Shown here: positions 1-11,746 of the stretch, one piece after another
Numbering within the stretch: the first letter of the stretch is position 1
Layout: every line of letters begins with the position of its first letter
Source: Haliotis rubra
Taxonomy: Eukaryota
Direction: 5' to 3'
Assembly (NCBI RefSeq): GCF_003918875.1
Contig: NW_025767106.1
Span: 682,001-746,000 of the forward strand
DNA length: 64,000 nt
The notes under the pieces: model-generated
Told to the model about the DNA's origin: nothing
Seen by the model: the letters and a program-made list of their open reading frames with translations, nothing else
The model's database searches: none
Program-made: the position numbers and the translations under genes

Positions 1-148
1 TCCTGCTGGCTAAGCCAAAGTTCATTCAAGGTAAATCACAACTTTTTAACCCCTGTTTCTGGATCATGACATTGAATTGAGATCAATGGAAAAAAAAAGA
101 TCTACTGTGATTTATGTAATTGCAATGTATTGTTCCCAGTAGTGGTAG

Positions 149-385
149 ACCCGTGAAGATCCGGGTTAGAATTGATATTCAGTAACCCATACTTGTTGTA
201 AGGAGCGACTAACGGGACCGGGTGGTCAGGCGATGTGACTTGTTTGACACATTTCATCTTATTCCAATTACGTAGATCGATGCTGTTGATCACTGGACTG
301 TCTGGCCAGACTCGATTATTTACAGACCGCCGCCAAATAGCTGAATACTGCTGAGTGCGGCGTAAAACTAACGTTTCTCACTCAC
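149..385 (+). mobile_element. ~240-bp head-less SINE-like element (family M)
   Basis: Starts ACCCGTGAAGATCCGGGTTAG and ends GCTGA(..)GTGCGGCGTAAAAC with a CACT tail. About a dozen copies in the window. Confidence 0.85.
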
Positions 386-400
386 CAAATAGTGGTGGGT

Positions 401-925
401 GGAGGCGTGGTGGGCGAACTGTCTAAAGCGCCAGGCTAGTGATCCAGCGAGCTTTAGGTGACGGGATCGAGCCCACCTGTGACCGGGTGTAAAAACCTTG
501 GAGTCCACTTTGTGTGCAGACTCTTTCAGTGTTGTCACAACCCCTAGTGTACAGTACAGAACCCTGTGCACTTAAAAGAACCCACGAATTCGTTGGTATA
601 TGACAAGATGGTGTCCACATGAATACGTGCAAACAACTACTTGCGGGTACAGCAACGTGCAGTAAAACTTGGACGAAGTACTGTGACTATGTGTCCCAGT
701 CCACCCAGCTGTGAATGGATACCTCGTAAGGATAACTCGGTGGGCCTAGTGGCTGCAAGAGTTGTATGATCCCCAGGGAGTTTGACAATACGATGTGCCG
801 TTGAGATTGACATCCAGTGAACGAAGGAAAAACAAAGCGCCCTTGAGCAGTTGAGCTGAGCAGGATATCGGCGCTATACGTACGCACGTATGTATGTACG
901 TATGTACGTATGTACATATGTATGA
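401..925 (+). mobile_element. tRNA-derived SINE with Deu/Nin-like core and L2/CR1-type tail
   Basis: tRNA-like head (B-box-like GGATCGAGCCC), core CCACCCAGCTGTGAATGGATACC, tail AAGCGCCCTTGAG...GGCGCTATA plus (GTAT)n. Core assignment is from recall. Confidence 0.6.
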
Positions 926-1879
926 GTGGTGTGCACGAACAGTCACAAGATATTCTTCGTGTCCTAAAATTGAATGAAGACTGTTCAGAGCTAATAAAGT
1001 TACGTGTTTTAAATGTATAAGGAATAATATTTAAGCACTGCATGTCGTGATTGGGGTTGCGAAGTTTAGACGGAAGCAAACACGAGTTCCAGCTTCGTAA
1101 TAGCCGCAACATGGTTGGTAAAACAATATTATTTTATATGCATGCATACATTTCGTGACTTTAATCAGTATCATGAGTACTGACAGAAAGCCCATTCTCC
1201 TGTTTTACGGAGAATGGAGAACGATCTTGCACTAATGGTATACGTAATAAGTAATACTTTACTTACAACGTATATTACATACTGGTAACTGTAACAAAAT
1301 TAGATATAAGTCCACTGCTGATGTTCAGTGTTCAATTTTGAAATTGCTGGTTTAGGTTAAATTCAAGCAAAGCCAATGTCACTGACGCCTATCATTGTCT
1401 TTGAAGGACAGCCTATTGGAAATGTTGGTTAGGAGTGGGATTAGTAATTTCTTCGAAATAAGCTTCTGTGGATCGTGGGTGAATTTGAAATACACTTTCT
1501 AGCCCTGAAATCTGATTTGGCCATAAAAGTCTGATAAGCTTAAAAAAAAGTCAATTAAGCGAATCATTGTTTTCATTTTCTTTCTTTTAATAACAATCAA
1601 CACGTCAGAAACATATTTAATTAGAAGATGGAGTAGTACATCTACTATGCGGTCATTTACTTTCTGACTAGAGATGAACATGGATTTGTAGGTAAGAAGT
1701 GCATATAAAGATAGAACATTGTCAAATGCATAACAGATTACCGTCCTCCCACTTCTAAGAAATAATCTGTATCAAATGCTCAAGTACTCTTATCTCTCTA
1801 CGCTAATGGATTTGCTAGGATTTCTTATAGTCAGTGATTTCAGAATCCATGCTGGCAGAACTGAGAACATTTTTGCGCA

Positions 1880-3085
1880 GAAATGTCATGACTTTACACT
1901 TTAGGTCTACAACAGCATCAATTTCAACCAACTCATAAAAGTGGCCACACACTTAGACTTGGACCTATAATGTACACAGTTACAGAATTTTGACGACTGT
2001 TCATTATCCAGTAAAGCGAACATCAAGGCTAAACTCTGTAATAGGACAATGTAGAGCTAGTAAGATATCCGTCACGTCGGAATGCTGTGAACAATCGTCT
2101 AAGGAAAGCAAGATTGGACTACAAAGTTTATCGAATAAACAAAGGCAACAAAAGACAGCTTGTGGCTTAACCCAAGAAGCTCACAGATCCCAAACCTCCT
2201 CCAATGGCTACTTCAGAAAAGGCGTCAAGTGATCAAGCAATTGACAAAATCAGAGAAAGTATATAGCGGCTCTAATCTCCTCCACAAAATGCCTTTCAAA
2301 GAAGCGATTGTCAGGCCACTGATCCCAAATTGGATCCATCTGTTTCAAACACTATCCAATGTCAACCTTCTCTTTCACGTGTAAGCCAATGATAACCAGC
2401 TGTATATCGGCGTCAAGCTTGGAAACTACAAACCCTCCAAGAATGTCCTGTTCATCATCACACTGTCCTCAGATGTATAAGCCATTACTACTGCACCTAC
2501 GTTTCACCTCTACAGAACAGGGAAAATCCGCCGCTACCTAGATGTTGATATGACTAAGCTTCTTAATTGACTACGGTAAGTCTCTTGTATCAGACACAGC
2601 TGTAATCACCCATCGCCAACAAGTACATAACAGAGGTGCCTGGATCATCACAAGAACCAAACGCCAGGATCATATAACACCTGTGATCCAGTCCCTCCAC
2701 TGGCTCCTAAAAAACCCCAACTAATTATTGTCAAGATCCTCTGAATCACCTACACAGCACTTAATGACATCAGATCTCCACAGTGCCCTAAGGATATCAT
2801 CAGCATTTACCAGTCATCAGACATCAGAACATACATGCCAGTTATCTGCTCCAGTCACAGCTATGGGAGACAGAGCGTTCTCTGACACTGATCCAGTTCT
2901 GTTGACCACTGTTCCTTAAAACCTTAGATATGTTCAAGACACTCTTAAAAACACACCTCTTTCAAGACGCTTGCTCTCTTTGATCAATCTCCATTGTCTT
3001 ACAGTTTATATCAACCTGCTTTTTTTATCTCAAAGGGCCACTAAGCAGCACCATACATTGTTAATATTATTATTTATCATTATTA
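1880..3085 (+). mobile_element. Decayed L2/CR1-type LINE remnant
   Basis: QQVHNRGAWIITRTKRQDHITPVIQSLHWL and MGDRAFS resemble the L2 RT C-terminal motifs (LQRVQNAAAR..DHITPVL..LHWL, GDRAFS). (ATT)n-like tail. Confidence 0.7.
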
Positions 3086-3772
3086 TATCATATCAACAGC
3101 CGGGTGAGATATATTTGCAATCGCATCTAGTGAACTAAACTGAGGCTTGATAGATGGTAGATTTTCACATGAAATAATTCAGAATATTACTGTTAGAATT
3201 TACACAAACCTAAAATCGAGATAAGAGAAAATATCAAACGTCTGAACAATTCTAACTATATACCCCTCTATTGCCCTACATTATCTATTAGCTGTTGATT
3301 TTATGTCAAAGCTCCACTGAGAAGCTCTAGTTGGACATTAGGCGCTATAAAGGTGCCTTGTTAACATTTTTTATCATTATTACAGGGACTGCGGATAACG
3401 GGAAAATTGCTGATGTGGCGTAAAGCAATGTTCATTCATTCCCCTGCAGGGAAACATGAATGATGCACTTGCACAGGGAGCCCATCAGCCTCAATGCCAA
3501 ACTGGAAACCTGAAACAAGTTCGAGTACCATAAACCCATTCCCCCAGTTCCTCATCATGGGTCACCAATATCGTCACAACATGTCGTGCAAACTCCATGA
3601 CCCGCTGGAAAAGCCGTAAACACACATGCTTTTATTATGAAAACATTCACATATTGACAACCTAGTTAAATATACTTTTCGAAAACAAAATTCCGCTCCA
3701 TAGACAATGACAACGCTGTGGGGTTAAATAAGGGTTGCGTGCGAGTAAATCGTCTCGAGCGGCATAGGCAGA

Positions 3773-3819
3773 ATAGTAGTAGTAATAGTAGTAGTAATAG
3801 TAGTAATAGTAGTAGTAGT
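3773..3819. repeat. (TAG/TAA)n microsatellite next to a tRNA-like SINE head fragment (3822-3880, minus)
   Basis: Directly visible; adjacent B box GGTTCGAATTCCC on the minus strand. Confidence 0.9.
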
Positions 3820-4750
3820 ATCTATTTGGGAATTCGAACCCCGGGTCTACGTCGTTACATGCGAACACTGTAATCTTACTAAAACACCCAGTTGAACCTT
3901 CGACATACTGTGTATATCATATACACTGTAGCATCTAAACAACATACACCATCCACACACAGTGGCGCATTGTCCACACCCAACAACACCAGAACTGTAA
4001 CACATTACAGAGGACTTATCAAATTTGAAAAACAAATATAACTCCCTAACCGGTTTCACCTGATGGACCTAGTCGTGACGAACTGAATGCATTGACTTTA
4101 AATACTGTCTACAAAACCCTGATATGACATCTTGAAAGAAAATATAACATATCCCTCAGTCTCTGTCATTTTCTATCAATAAAATACCCAAATGTGCTCC
4201 CGTTGATGGATCCGGAACCACATCTTCAGGATTACTAAAACTTCAACTTCATTTACACAGCAGAATCAAATCCAGTATTGACAGTCTTCTTTGATTGGGA
4301 TTCTAGAAGTTGAGGAGATGAAGAATTGGGACATTTTTATGGATGTACAACTTCGAAACGTTGCCTATACAGAATAAAAAAGTTGTATATCCATAAAGAT
4401 TGTTCTCTTTCTTCAGTATTGACAGTCCTCAAATATATTAGTAAAGCGCCTATTTCTTCCGGCTATCAAAATACCAATTGCAGTCACCCAATTTACAGCA
4501 ATTATAGATTTTTTTATTGTAGATACGCTATGGTCTTTGTTTGTTACTCAATCATGTCTGAATCGTTGGCAACAACGTTCTTAGACGTTCTTTCATAAAG
4601 GATTGTTTTAATTATACAAGTTATCATTTCATTATTCTGTTTAGAGATAAGATGAACCTAAACATTTCGATTTACAATCTGTGTTTATTGTTCATTTCAA
4701 ATTGGAAATATGTGATATTTAACTACGGATGATAGTGACTTGGTTCTCTA

Positions 4751-4987
4751 TTTGTTTGTTTGTTGTTGAACACCGCACTCAACAATATTCCAGCTATATG
4801 GCGGCGGTCTATAAATAATCGAGTTGGACCAGCCAATCCAGTGATCAACAGTATGAGCATCGAACGACGCAAGTGGGATACGATGACATGTGTCAACCAA
4901 GTCAGCGAGTGTTACCACCCGATCCCGTTAGTCGCCTCTTACGACACGAGTTACGGAAGATCAATTCTAACCTGGATCGTCACGGGT
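4751..4987 (-). mobile_element. Family M element
   Basis: Full-length copy with (AAAC)n tail; a partial copy lies at 5670-5810. Confidence 0.85.
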
Positions 4988-6384
4988 CTTATCACCATAC
5001 CTTGAATCGTTTGAATTGTAGGTAATAACATGTCACTGATGCAGTAAACGCGTAGCACTGATTCTGTGTGTTGTTATTGTGTTATAATTTCTTTTTGCGC
5101 CCTCGATAATATTCAGTTTACTATGGAATCCTGGAAGGGACATTGACATACTTTTACAGACAACCCATCATAGTGCCATTATCACAGATATACCGAAAGG
5201 TTAAACAAATGGGACATCAGAAGACGTTGTATCCATGGTTCACTCAAATGCAAAAGTAGATGTGTTATCATTTTATAAGATGGAATGTACATCATTTGTC
5301 TTTGGCCAAAGACTTACAATGGAGAAAAATAACATATCTAACCAGTCTGATCCGAATTCTTCTTCAAATTGGCTGTCCAATACTAAAATATTACCAAGTA
5401 CGTCATAGAATGAAAATTCGCTTTAAATTGAAACATCACAGATGCAGCTCGAGATGCGAGATAAACACTTCACTAACCTTTCTCTACCATTGTGTAAAAT
5501 ATACGATGTAAAGTTATACGATGTTTAAACCTACATGACTGACTTTTGATTTTGTGCACTCAGTATTTCACAGGTTAATTTACTATTGAAAATAGGTATT
5601 TTCAAACCACCATATGTGTTCGAGTTTCAGTAAGTGAGCGTAAATAGTGAGAAACCATACATGTTCCCGTGATCCAGTGATCATGAACATCGATCTACGC
5701 AGTTAGGACACGATGACATGTGTCAACCAAGTCAGCGAGCCTGACCACTCGATCCCGTTAGTCGCATCGGCTCTTCCGACAGGCGTGGGTTACTGAAGAC
5801 CAATTCTAACAAGGAGTCTGTGGCAGTAAGAGGGTTAGAGGTACACCGTGTACTTCTGGGTATGTTATTTGTTGGTGATGCATTCGGTCGTTGACCTTGC
5901 ATGATAGAACATGATTAGAACATTTTACAGCCGCTTCGCGAGGTTATGGTAGTCAAACTGTTTGCAGCTGTGTGACCGCATCTATAAACGGTAGTTGCAT
6001 TAATCTCTAATCTTTGTGACATAATTAATGCATCGAATGATGGATATTTGTAGGTGTGACAAAAAGGATAATACCTGATACTCCTCTAGTCACAGACAAC
6101 TGATGTAAATTCGCACAGTTTGCAAATTATTGTTGAAGCAGCTGGGGAGATAAGACGGAATAACAATCACAGCATATTTAAATAAATGCTTTCACGTACC
6201 CTATGAATCCAGATAATATATATAAAGTAAGCTGAACCCCTCACATCGAGTGTGGCTGTTTTAACACATATGTAATAATAAATTACAAGACAACTTGCTG
6301 CCCCTAAATCCATGGACGTATTTTGCTATTCCTCTGCAAACATAGTGTCTGCTTTAAGGGTGGTGGGGGTTGTCCTTTGCACAC

Positions 6385-8480
6385 ATCAGTCCTGTAGTGC
6401 AGAGTAGGGGATGGAGGGGGCTAGGGCGCTAGATATGTCTCTACAAGGGTAGTAGGGCGATAGCAGTACAACTCACTCTCTCTCTACAGGGGTGGAGGGG
6501 CTAGGGCGATAGATATGTCCTGTAGTACACTACAACTCTCTCTCTACAGGGGATGGAGGGGGCTAGGACGATAGATATGTCCTGTAGTACAGTACAACGC
6601 ACTCCTCTCTACAGGGATGGAGGGGGCTAGGGCGATAGATATGTCCTGTAGTACAGTACAACGCACTCTCTCTACAAGGGATGGAGGGGGCTAGGGCGAT
6701 AGATATGTCCTGTAGTACAGTACAACGTACTCTCTCTACAGGGGATGGAGGGGCCTAGGACGATAGATATGTCCTGTATTACTGTAGTCTCTACACTACA
6801 ATGGTCTCTCTACAGCACCCTCTACAGGGATGGAGGGGCCTAGGACGATAGATATGTCCTGTAGTACAGTACAACTTACCCTCTCTACAGGGGATGGAGG
6901 GGGTGATGACGACGAGATATGTCCTGTAGTACAGTACAACTTCTCTCTCTCTACAGGGATGGAGTTATAATGGGACTAGGACGATAGATATGTCCTGTAG
7001 TACAGTACAACTCTCTCTCTACAGGGGTGGAGGGGACTAGGACGATAGATATATACTGTAGTACAGTACAACTGACTCTCTCTACAGGGGTGGAGTTATA
7101 ATGGACTAGGACGATAAATATGTCCTGTAGTACACTACAACTACCCTCTCTACAGGATGGAGTTATAATGGTGGGACTAGGACGATAGATATGTCCTGTA
7201 GTACAGTACAACTCACCTCTCTACAGGGGATGGAGGGGATGCCTAGGACGATAGATATGTCCTGTAGTACAGTACAACTTACCCTCTCTATACAGGGATG
7301 GAGTTATAATGGGATGCCTAGGACGATAGATATGTCCTGTAGTACAGTACACCTCTCTCTCTCTACATGGGTTATAATGGGGATGCCTAGGACGATAGAT
7401 ATGTCCTGTAGTACACTACAACTTACTCTCTCTACAGGGGATGGAGTTATAATGGGATGCCTAGGACGATAGATATGTCCTGTAGTACAGTACAACTACC
7501 CTCTCTACAGGGGATGGAGGGGCCTAGGACGATAGATATGTCCTGTAGTACAGTACAACTCACTCTCTACAGGGATGGAGGGGGCTAGGGCGATAGATAT
7601 GTCCTGTAGTACAGTACAACTTACCCTCTCTACAGGGGATGGAGGGGACTAGGACGATAGATATGTCCTGTAGTACAGTACAACTCACTCTCTCTACAGG
7701 GGATGGAGGGGCCTAGGACGATAGATATGTCCTGTAGTACAGTACAACTCACTCTCTCTACAGGGGATGGAGGGGCCTAGGACGATAGATATGTCCTGTA
7801 GTACAGTACAACACTCTCTCTCTACAGGGGGTGGAGGGGACTAGGACGATAGATATGTCCTGTAGTACAGTACAACTCACTCTCTCTCTACAGGGGATGG
7901 AGGGGACTAGGACGATAGATATGTCCTGTAGTACAGTACAACTCACTCTCTCTACAGGGGATGGAGGGGACTAGGACGATAGATATGTCCTGTAGTACAG
8001 TACAACTCTCTCTCTCTACAGGGGATGGAGGGGACTAGGACGATAGATATGTCCTGTAGTACACTACAACTCACTCTCTCTACAGGGATGGAGGGGCTTA
8101 GGGACGATTGATATGCTACGACAGTCGTAACTCCCATACTTTAACATAGACTTACGACTGTCGTACACGATCGGGATGGGGACGGGGCCTAGGACGATAG
8201 ATATGTCCTGTATTACAGTATAACTGACTGTCTCTACACGGGATGGAGGTATAATGGTGGGGCTTAGGACGATTGATATGTCCTGTATTACAGTACAACT
8301 TACCCTCTCTACAGGGGATGGAGTTATAATGTTGATGCCTTGGACGATAGATATGTCCTGTAGTACAGTACAACTTACCCTCTCTACAGGGGATGGAGGG
8401 GCTTAGGACGATTGATATGTCCTGTATTACAGTACAACTTACCCTCTCTACACGGGATGGAGTTATAATGGTGGGGCCTA
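6385..8480. repeat. Minisatellite, about 60-70 bp unit, about 30 copies
   Basis: Unit GGGGATGGAGGGG(G/A/C)CTAGGACGATAGATATGTCCTGTAGTACAGTACAACTCACTCTCTCTACA; some variants carry a TTATAAT insert. Confidence 0.95.
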
Positions 8481-8699
8481 ATGTGATAAATATGTAACCA
8501 CTATTCAGTTAAACAAAGTATTGGAAGTAGGACACTAATTTGGTGCAGGAACAAACGTATCCAAGGTAAGAGTGACTACCCCTGACACACCTGTCGTCGA
8601 GGAATGCATATAGAGATGCATTGCCCTGTCGTTCTGTGATGAATTGGACATCCGGGATCAGAGCCTGTGTGCCAAAGACATCAGTAAGAGGAAATCTGA

Positions 8700-9230
8700 A
8701 CGGACAACCCAGATAACCTTTGAATTAATCTTCCTCAACCTTCCATTTCCCCGTTCCCCGTAATACTGGGCTTGACCCCTTAGTGACATAATATATGTAT
8801 TTGTGTCGAGTTGAGAAGCGGATAAGAGGTGAAAATGATTAATGAACATATCATCGTCGACCTTGAGGACCATCTGCGTGTNNNNNNNNNNNNNNNNNNN
8901 NNNNNNNNNNNNNNNNNNNNNNNNNNNNNNNNNNNNNNNNNNNNNNNNNNNNNNNNNNNNNNNNNNNNNNNNNNNNNNNNNNNNNNNNNNNNNNNNNNNN
9001 NNNNNNNNNNNNNNNNNNNNNNNNNNNNNNNNNNNNNNNTCTATTACGGACTGGCCTGGGACCGACTCATTTGTCCGGAATGTAAAACAGTCCGGATCAG
9101 ACAACCTTTGTCCGTTACCGTGTTCACTGCCACGATGAGTTACCTCCCTTTGTTAAGGACAACCAACAACTTGAATCGTTCTTTTGTTTTTTATTTATAC
9201 TCAATATATTATTTATACTTTCATTGAAAA
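8700..9230 (-). pseudogene. Beta-1,3-galactosyltransferase-like (GT31) relic, interrupted by an assembly gap
   Basis: VLKVDDDMFIN resembles the GT31 DxD motif (K.DDD.F.N). A shifted frame gives SPVLRGTGKWKV, resembling P.R...KW.V, followed by a stop. Confidence 0.45.
8882..9039. other. Assembly gap (N run)
   Basis: 158 N. Confidence 1.
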
Positions 9231-9532
9231 AGTATGTTAACATGAACAGCTTCTGCCTCTGTAAATTTCCAAGTAGTCTGTTTTCAGTCATTAACCATTG
9301 TGAACAGAAGTGACAGAGACGTTTATTCAACGGACTGTTATTTTAGTCAACTACGTCGGATTGCAAAGCATTGTTCTCATAGCAAGTTGGTTGTCGGGGC
9401 TGTTATGTTAGTCAACTGCGATCGGATTATAAAGCATTGTTCTCATAGCAAGTTGATTGTCAGGAATGTTATTTTAGTCTGTAATACGTAACTGAGCGAG
9501 TCCGGACTATAAAGCACGCTTGAGATTCCACT

Positions 9533-9675
9533 GAGTGAGTGAGTGAGTGAGTGAGTGAGTGAGTGAGTGAGTGAGTGCGTGAGTGAGTGAGTGAGTGAGT
9601 GAGTGAGGAGTGAGAGTGAGTGAGAGGAGGAGTGAGGAGGAGGAGTGAGTGAGTGAGTGAGTGAGTGAGTGAGTG
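9533..9675. repeat. (GAGT)n microsatellite
   Basis: Directly visible; same motif as the LINE/SINE tails. Confidence 0.95.
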
Positions 9676-11746
9676 TGTCCTCGGCCATTACTATGCTGTA
9701 ACAGACGACAGACATTGTAATGAAGCAAATATATTCAATTGTATAATATATATTTAAGTCTTGTTGCGTGCAAATTACATCTTGAAAGATGGAATGATTA
9801 TGCATCTCTCATAAAGGACAAGATAAATAAAAGGTATACTGTTTTCATTCATCGAGGTTTTGTGTGTAAAACCGGAACCGTGCACATGGGGAAGCCGAAT
9901 AATTCTCGGAAGTTATCCGTACGTCACATAACATATTGTTTTAAATGTAAAAAGGTCTCTGGCATACGAAAACATTTCTCTCTTTCAGTACCTCAATAAG
10001 TGAGAGATCTACGATCTTCAGCCTACGATTGAACTTATTCAGCCTACGAACATGTGCGGAAGAGGACATGAACATAACTGGAGGATCACACATATTGGTA
10101 CATAACTAGTACGTAAGCAGTAAAATGTGCTTGATCAGAGCATTACATTCTAAAACGTGACTATATATCATCAGCTGCCGAAGTTTAGGCCACCACGTGC
10201 ACATAGGGGATGTACATCACATCACACGAGAGACAGTTCAGTCCTAGTTTCTGATAACGTTTGAGTGTTCATGCCAGTCTCTTGTACCATGGACCATACG
10301 TTGTTGACAAAAGAGTCAGTAATACTGAATGAATATTACCATCACTCTCCGTTTTCCAATGCCCACAAATTGACGCATGACATAATACTCTTACGCAAAA
10401 TTCGTAGAAGCTGGAGGACAGCAAGTCTGGGTCGTTTGATGAAATCTTCCGGAGCAAATGTACGTGCTCGAGAGTGTCAGCCCAGTGTGACCCCTGATTA
10501 AATATTCCTTACGATTGCTGTTACTGTCAGTTCGTCATTGGTATATTTCATTTTCTCCACCGTCAAAGATATGAACACGCTGAAGGAGTTGTCATTGATA
10601 ACACAAGTCTGTAGACATAACGTTGTTTATTTCTGTAATACATGGCGTTGATATTGTTAAACAGAAGTCACAGTAAAGCAGTACTGACACAACTGATGCA
10701 CCTTGTTAAATCTGTGCTGATCTTCGCTGTCTTCATTTGACTGACACTTTTACAACTCCGTCAAGCTTGTAGTCTCTGCTCAAGGTCTGCACTGTGGTGT
10801 CCGCCAGTGGGGTGTTGTTTGTCTCGGGCAACAATAATGCTAATAGTGTGCTAAGTGCCATAATAACAAAAGGCGGCAGGAAGTCCTCCCCTCCCTGAAA
10901 AGTTTATCAAATGTAAACATTTGATTAGATGAACAGTAGCTGTTGCTGTCTCACATTACCAAATTAAAGAAATACATGTATGAATAATTGGGTACTTTGA
11001 TCGCCTGTTTCACAATATTAGATTTGAGTCGTCTGTGTTTGGATTAAACAGAATTCAAATTTATGACATCAAGTACCTTTCTAAAATTGTACATCCTACA
11101 AGAAGAACTTAGACGAGAACATCGTATTTACTCTATTATGTTCCTTCCCCGCTTATTGTCATTCAATTAAAGGCGATTAAGTTCTCCGCACTTTCCCAAT
11201 TGGGACACACGCACTTATTCATCTTGCTCTCTCGGAATATTTCACTCGTGGAATGACGACTTGCAGCAAATACACTCACCGAATCGTGACAATACTCACC
11301 ATGGCAAATGCATAAGAAGACACGATACTGCCTACTCGGGCAGCAGTGTTTGCAACACCATAGCCCATATTCCTGGACGAAGGATGAAAGGTAATGATAA
11401 ATCCCATTTCTGACTTGGTGCAAATGTCGGACCTATCATTACGTAAATTTTACTGGTATGTAACAGTACAGTACAGGGCACGAGGAGCATTTCCAGCTAG
11501 GTGAAATATCGGACCTATTATTACGTAGAATATAGTGGTATTACCTAGTAAAGTAGAGGGCACTCTGGTGAATTAAGATACCGTTCAGTTATAGAATGCT
11601 CACCGACTCTTCATATAATAGCCACTCCAAATGCCCCTATAGTAGCTACTGTAAAAAACGAGAACGTTGTCCATCTTCTGACGATTCTGAAAGAGAGAGA
11701 GGGTTTTCATTCAGTGGGGATAGTAGAAAGCATTTAATTTTTTTAA

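Noticed and set aside
3662-3868. Poly-Tyr ORF
   Set aside because: Translation of a (TAG/TAA)n microsatellite.
4760-5005. Recurrent short ORFs such as MINSMSIDLR...PIPLVASYD
   Set aside because: Antisense translations of family M repeats; frames are not conserved between copies.
6385-8480. CRISPR-like array or coding ORFs (MYCTTGH.../MSCSTVQ...)
   Set aside because: There are no unique spacers and no cas genes, and the context is eukaryotic. The ORFs are translations of a minisatellite.
9443-9805. THSL-repeat ORF
   Set aside because: Translation of (GAGT)n.
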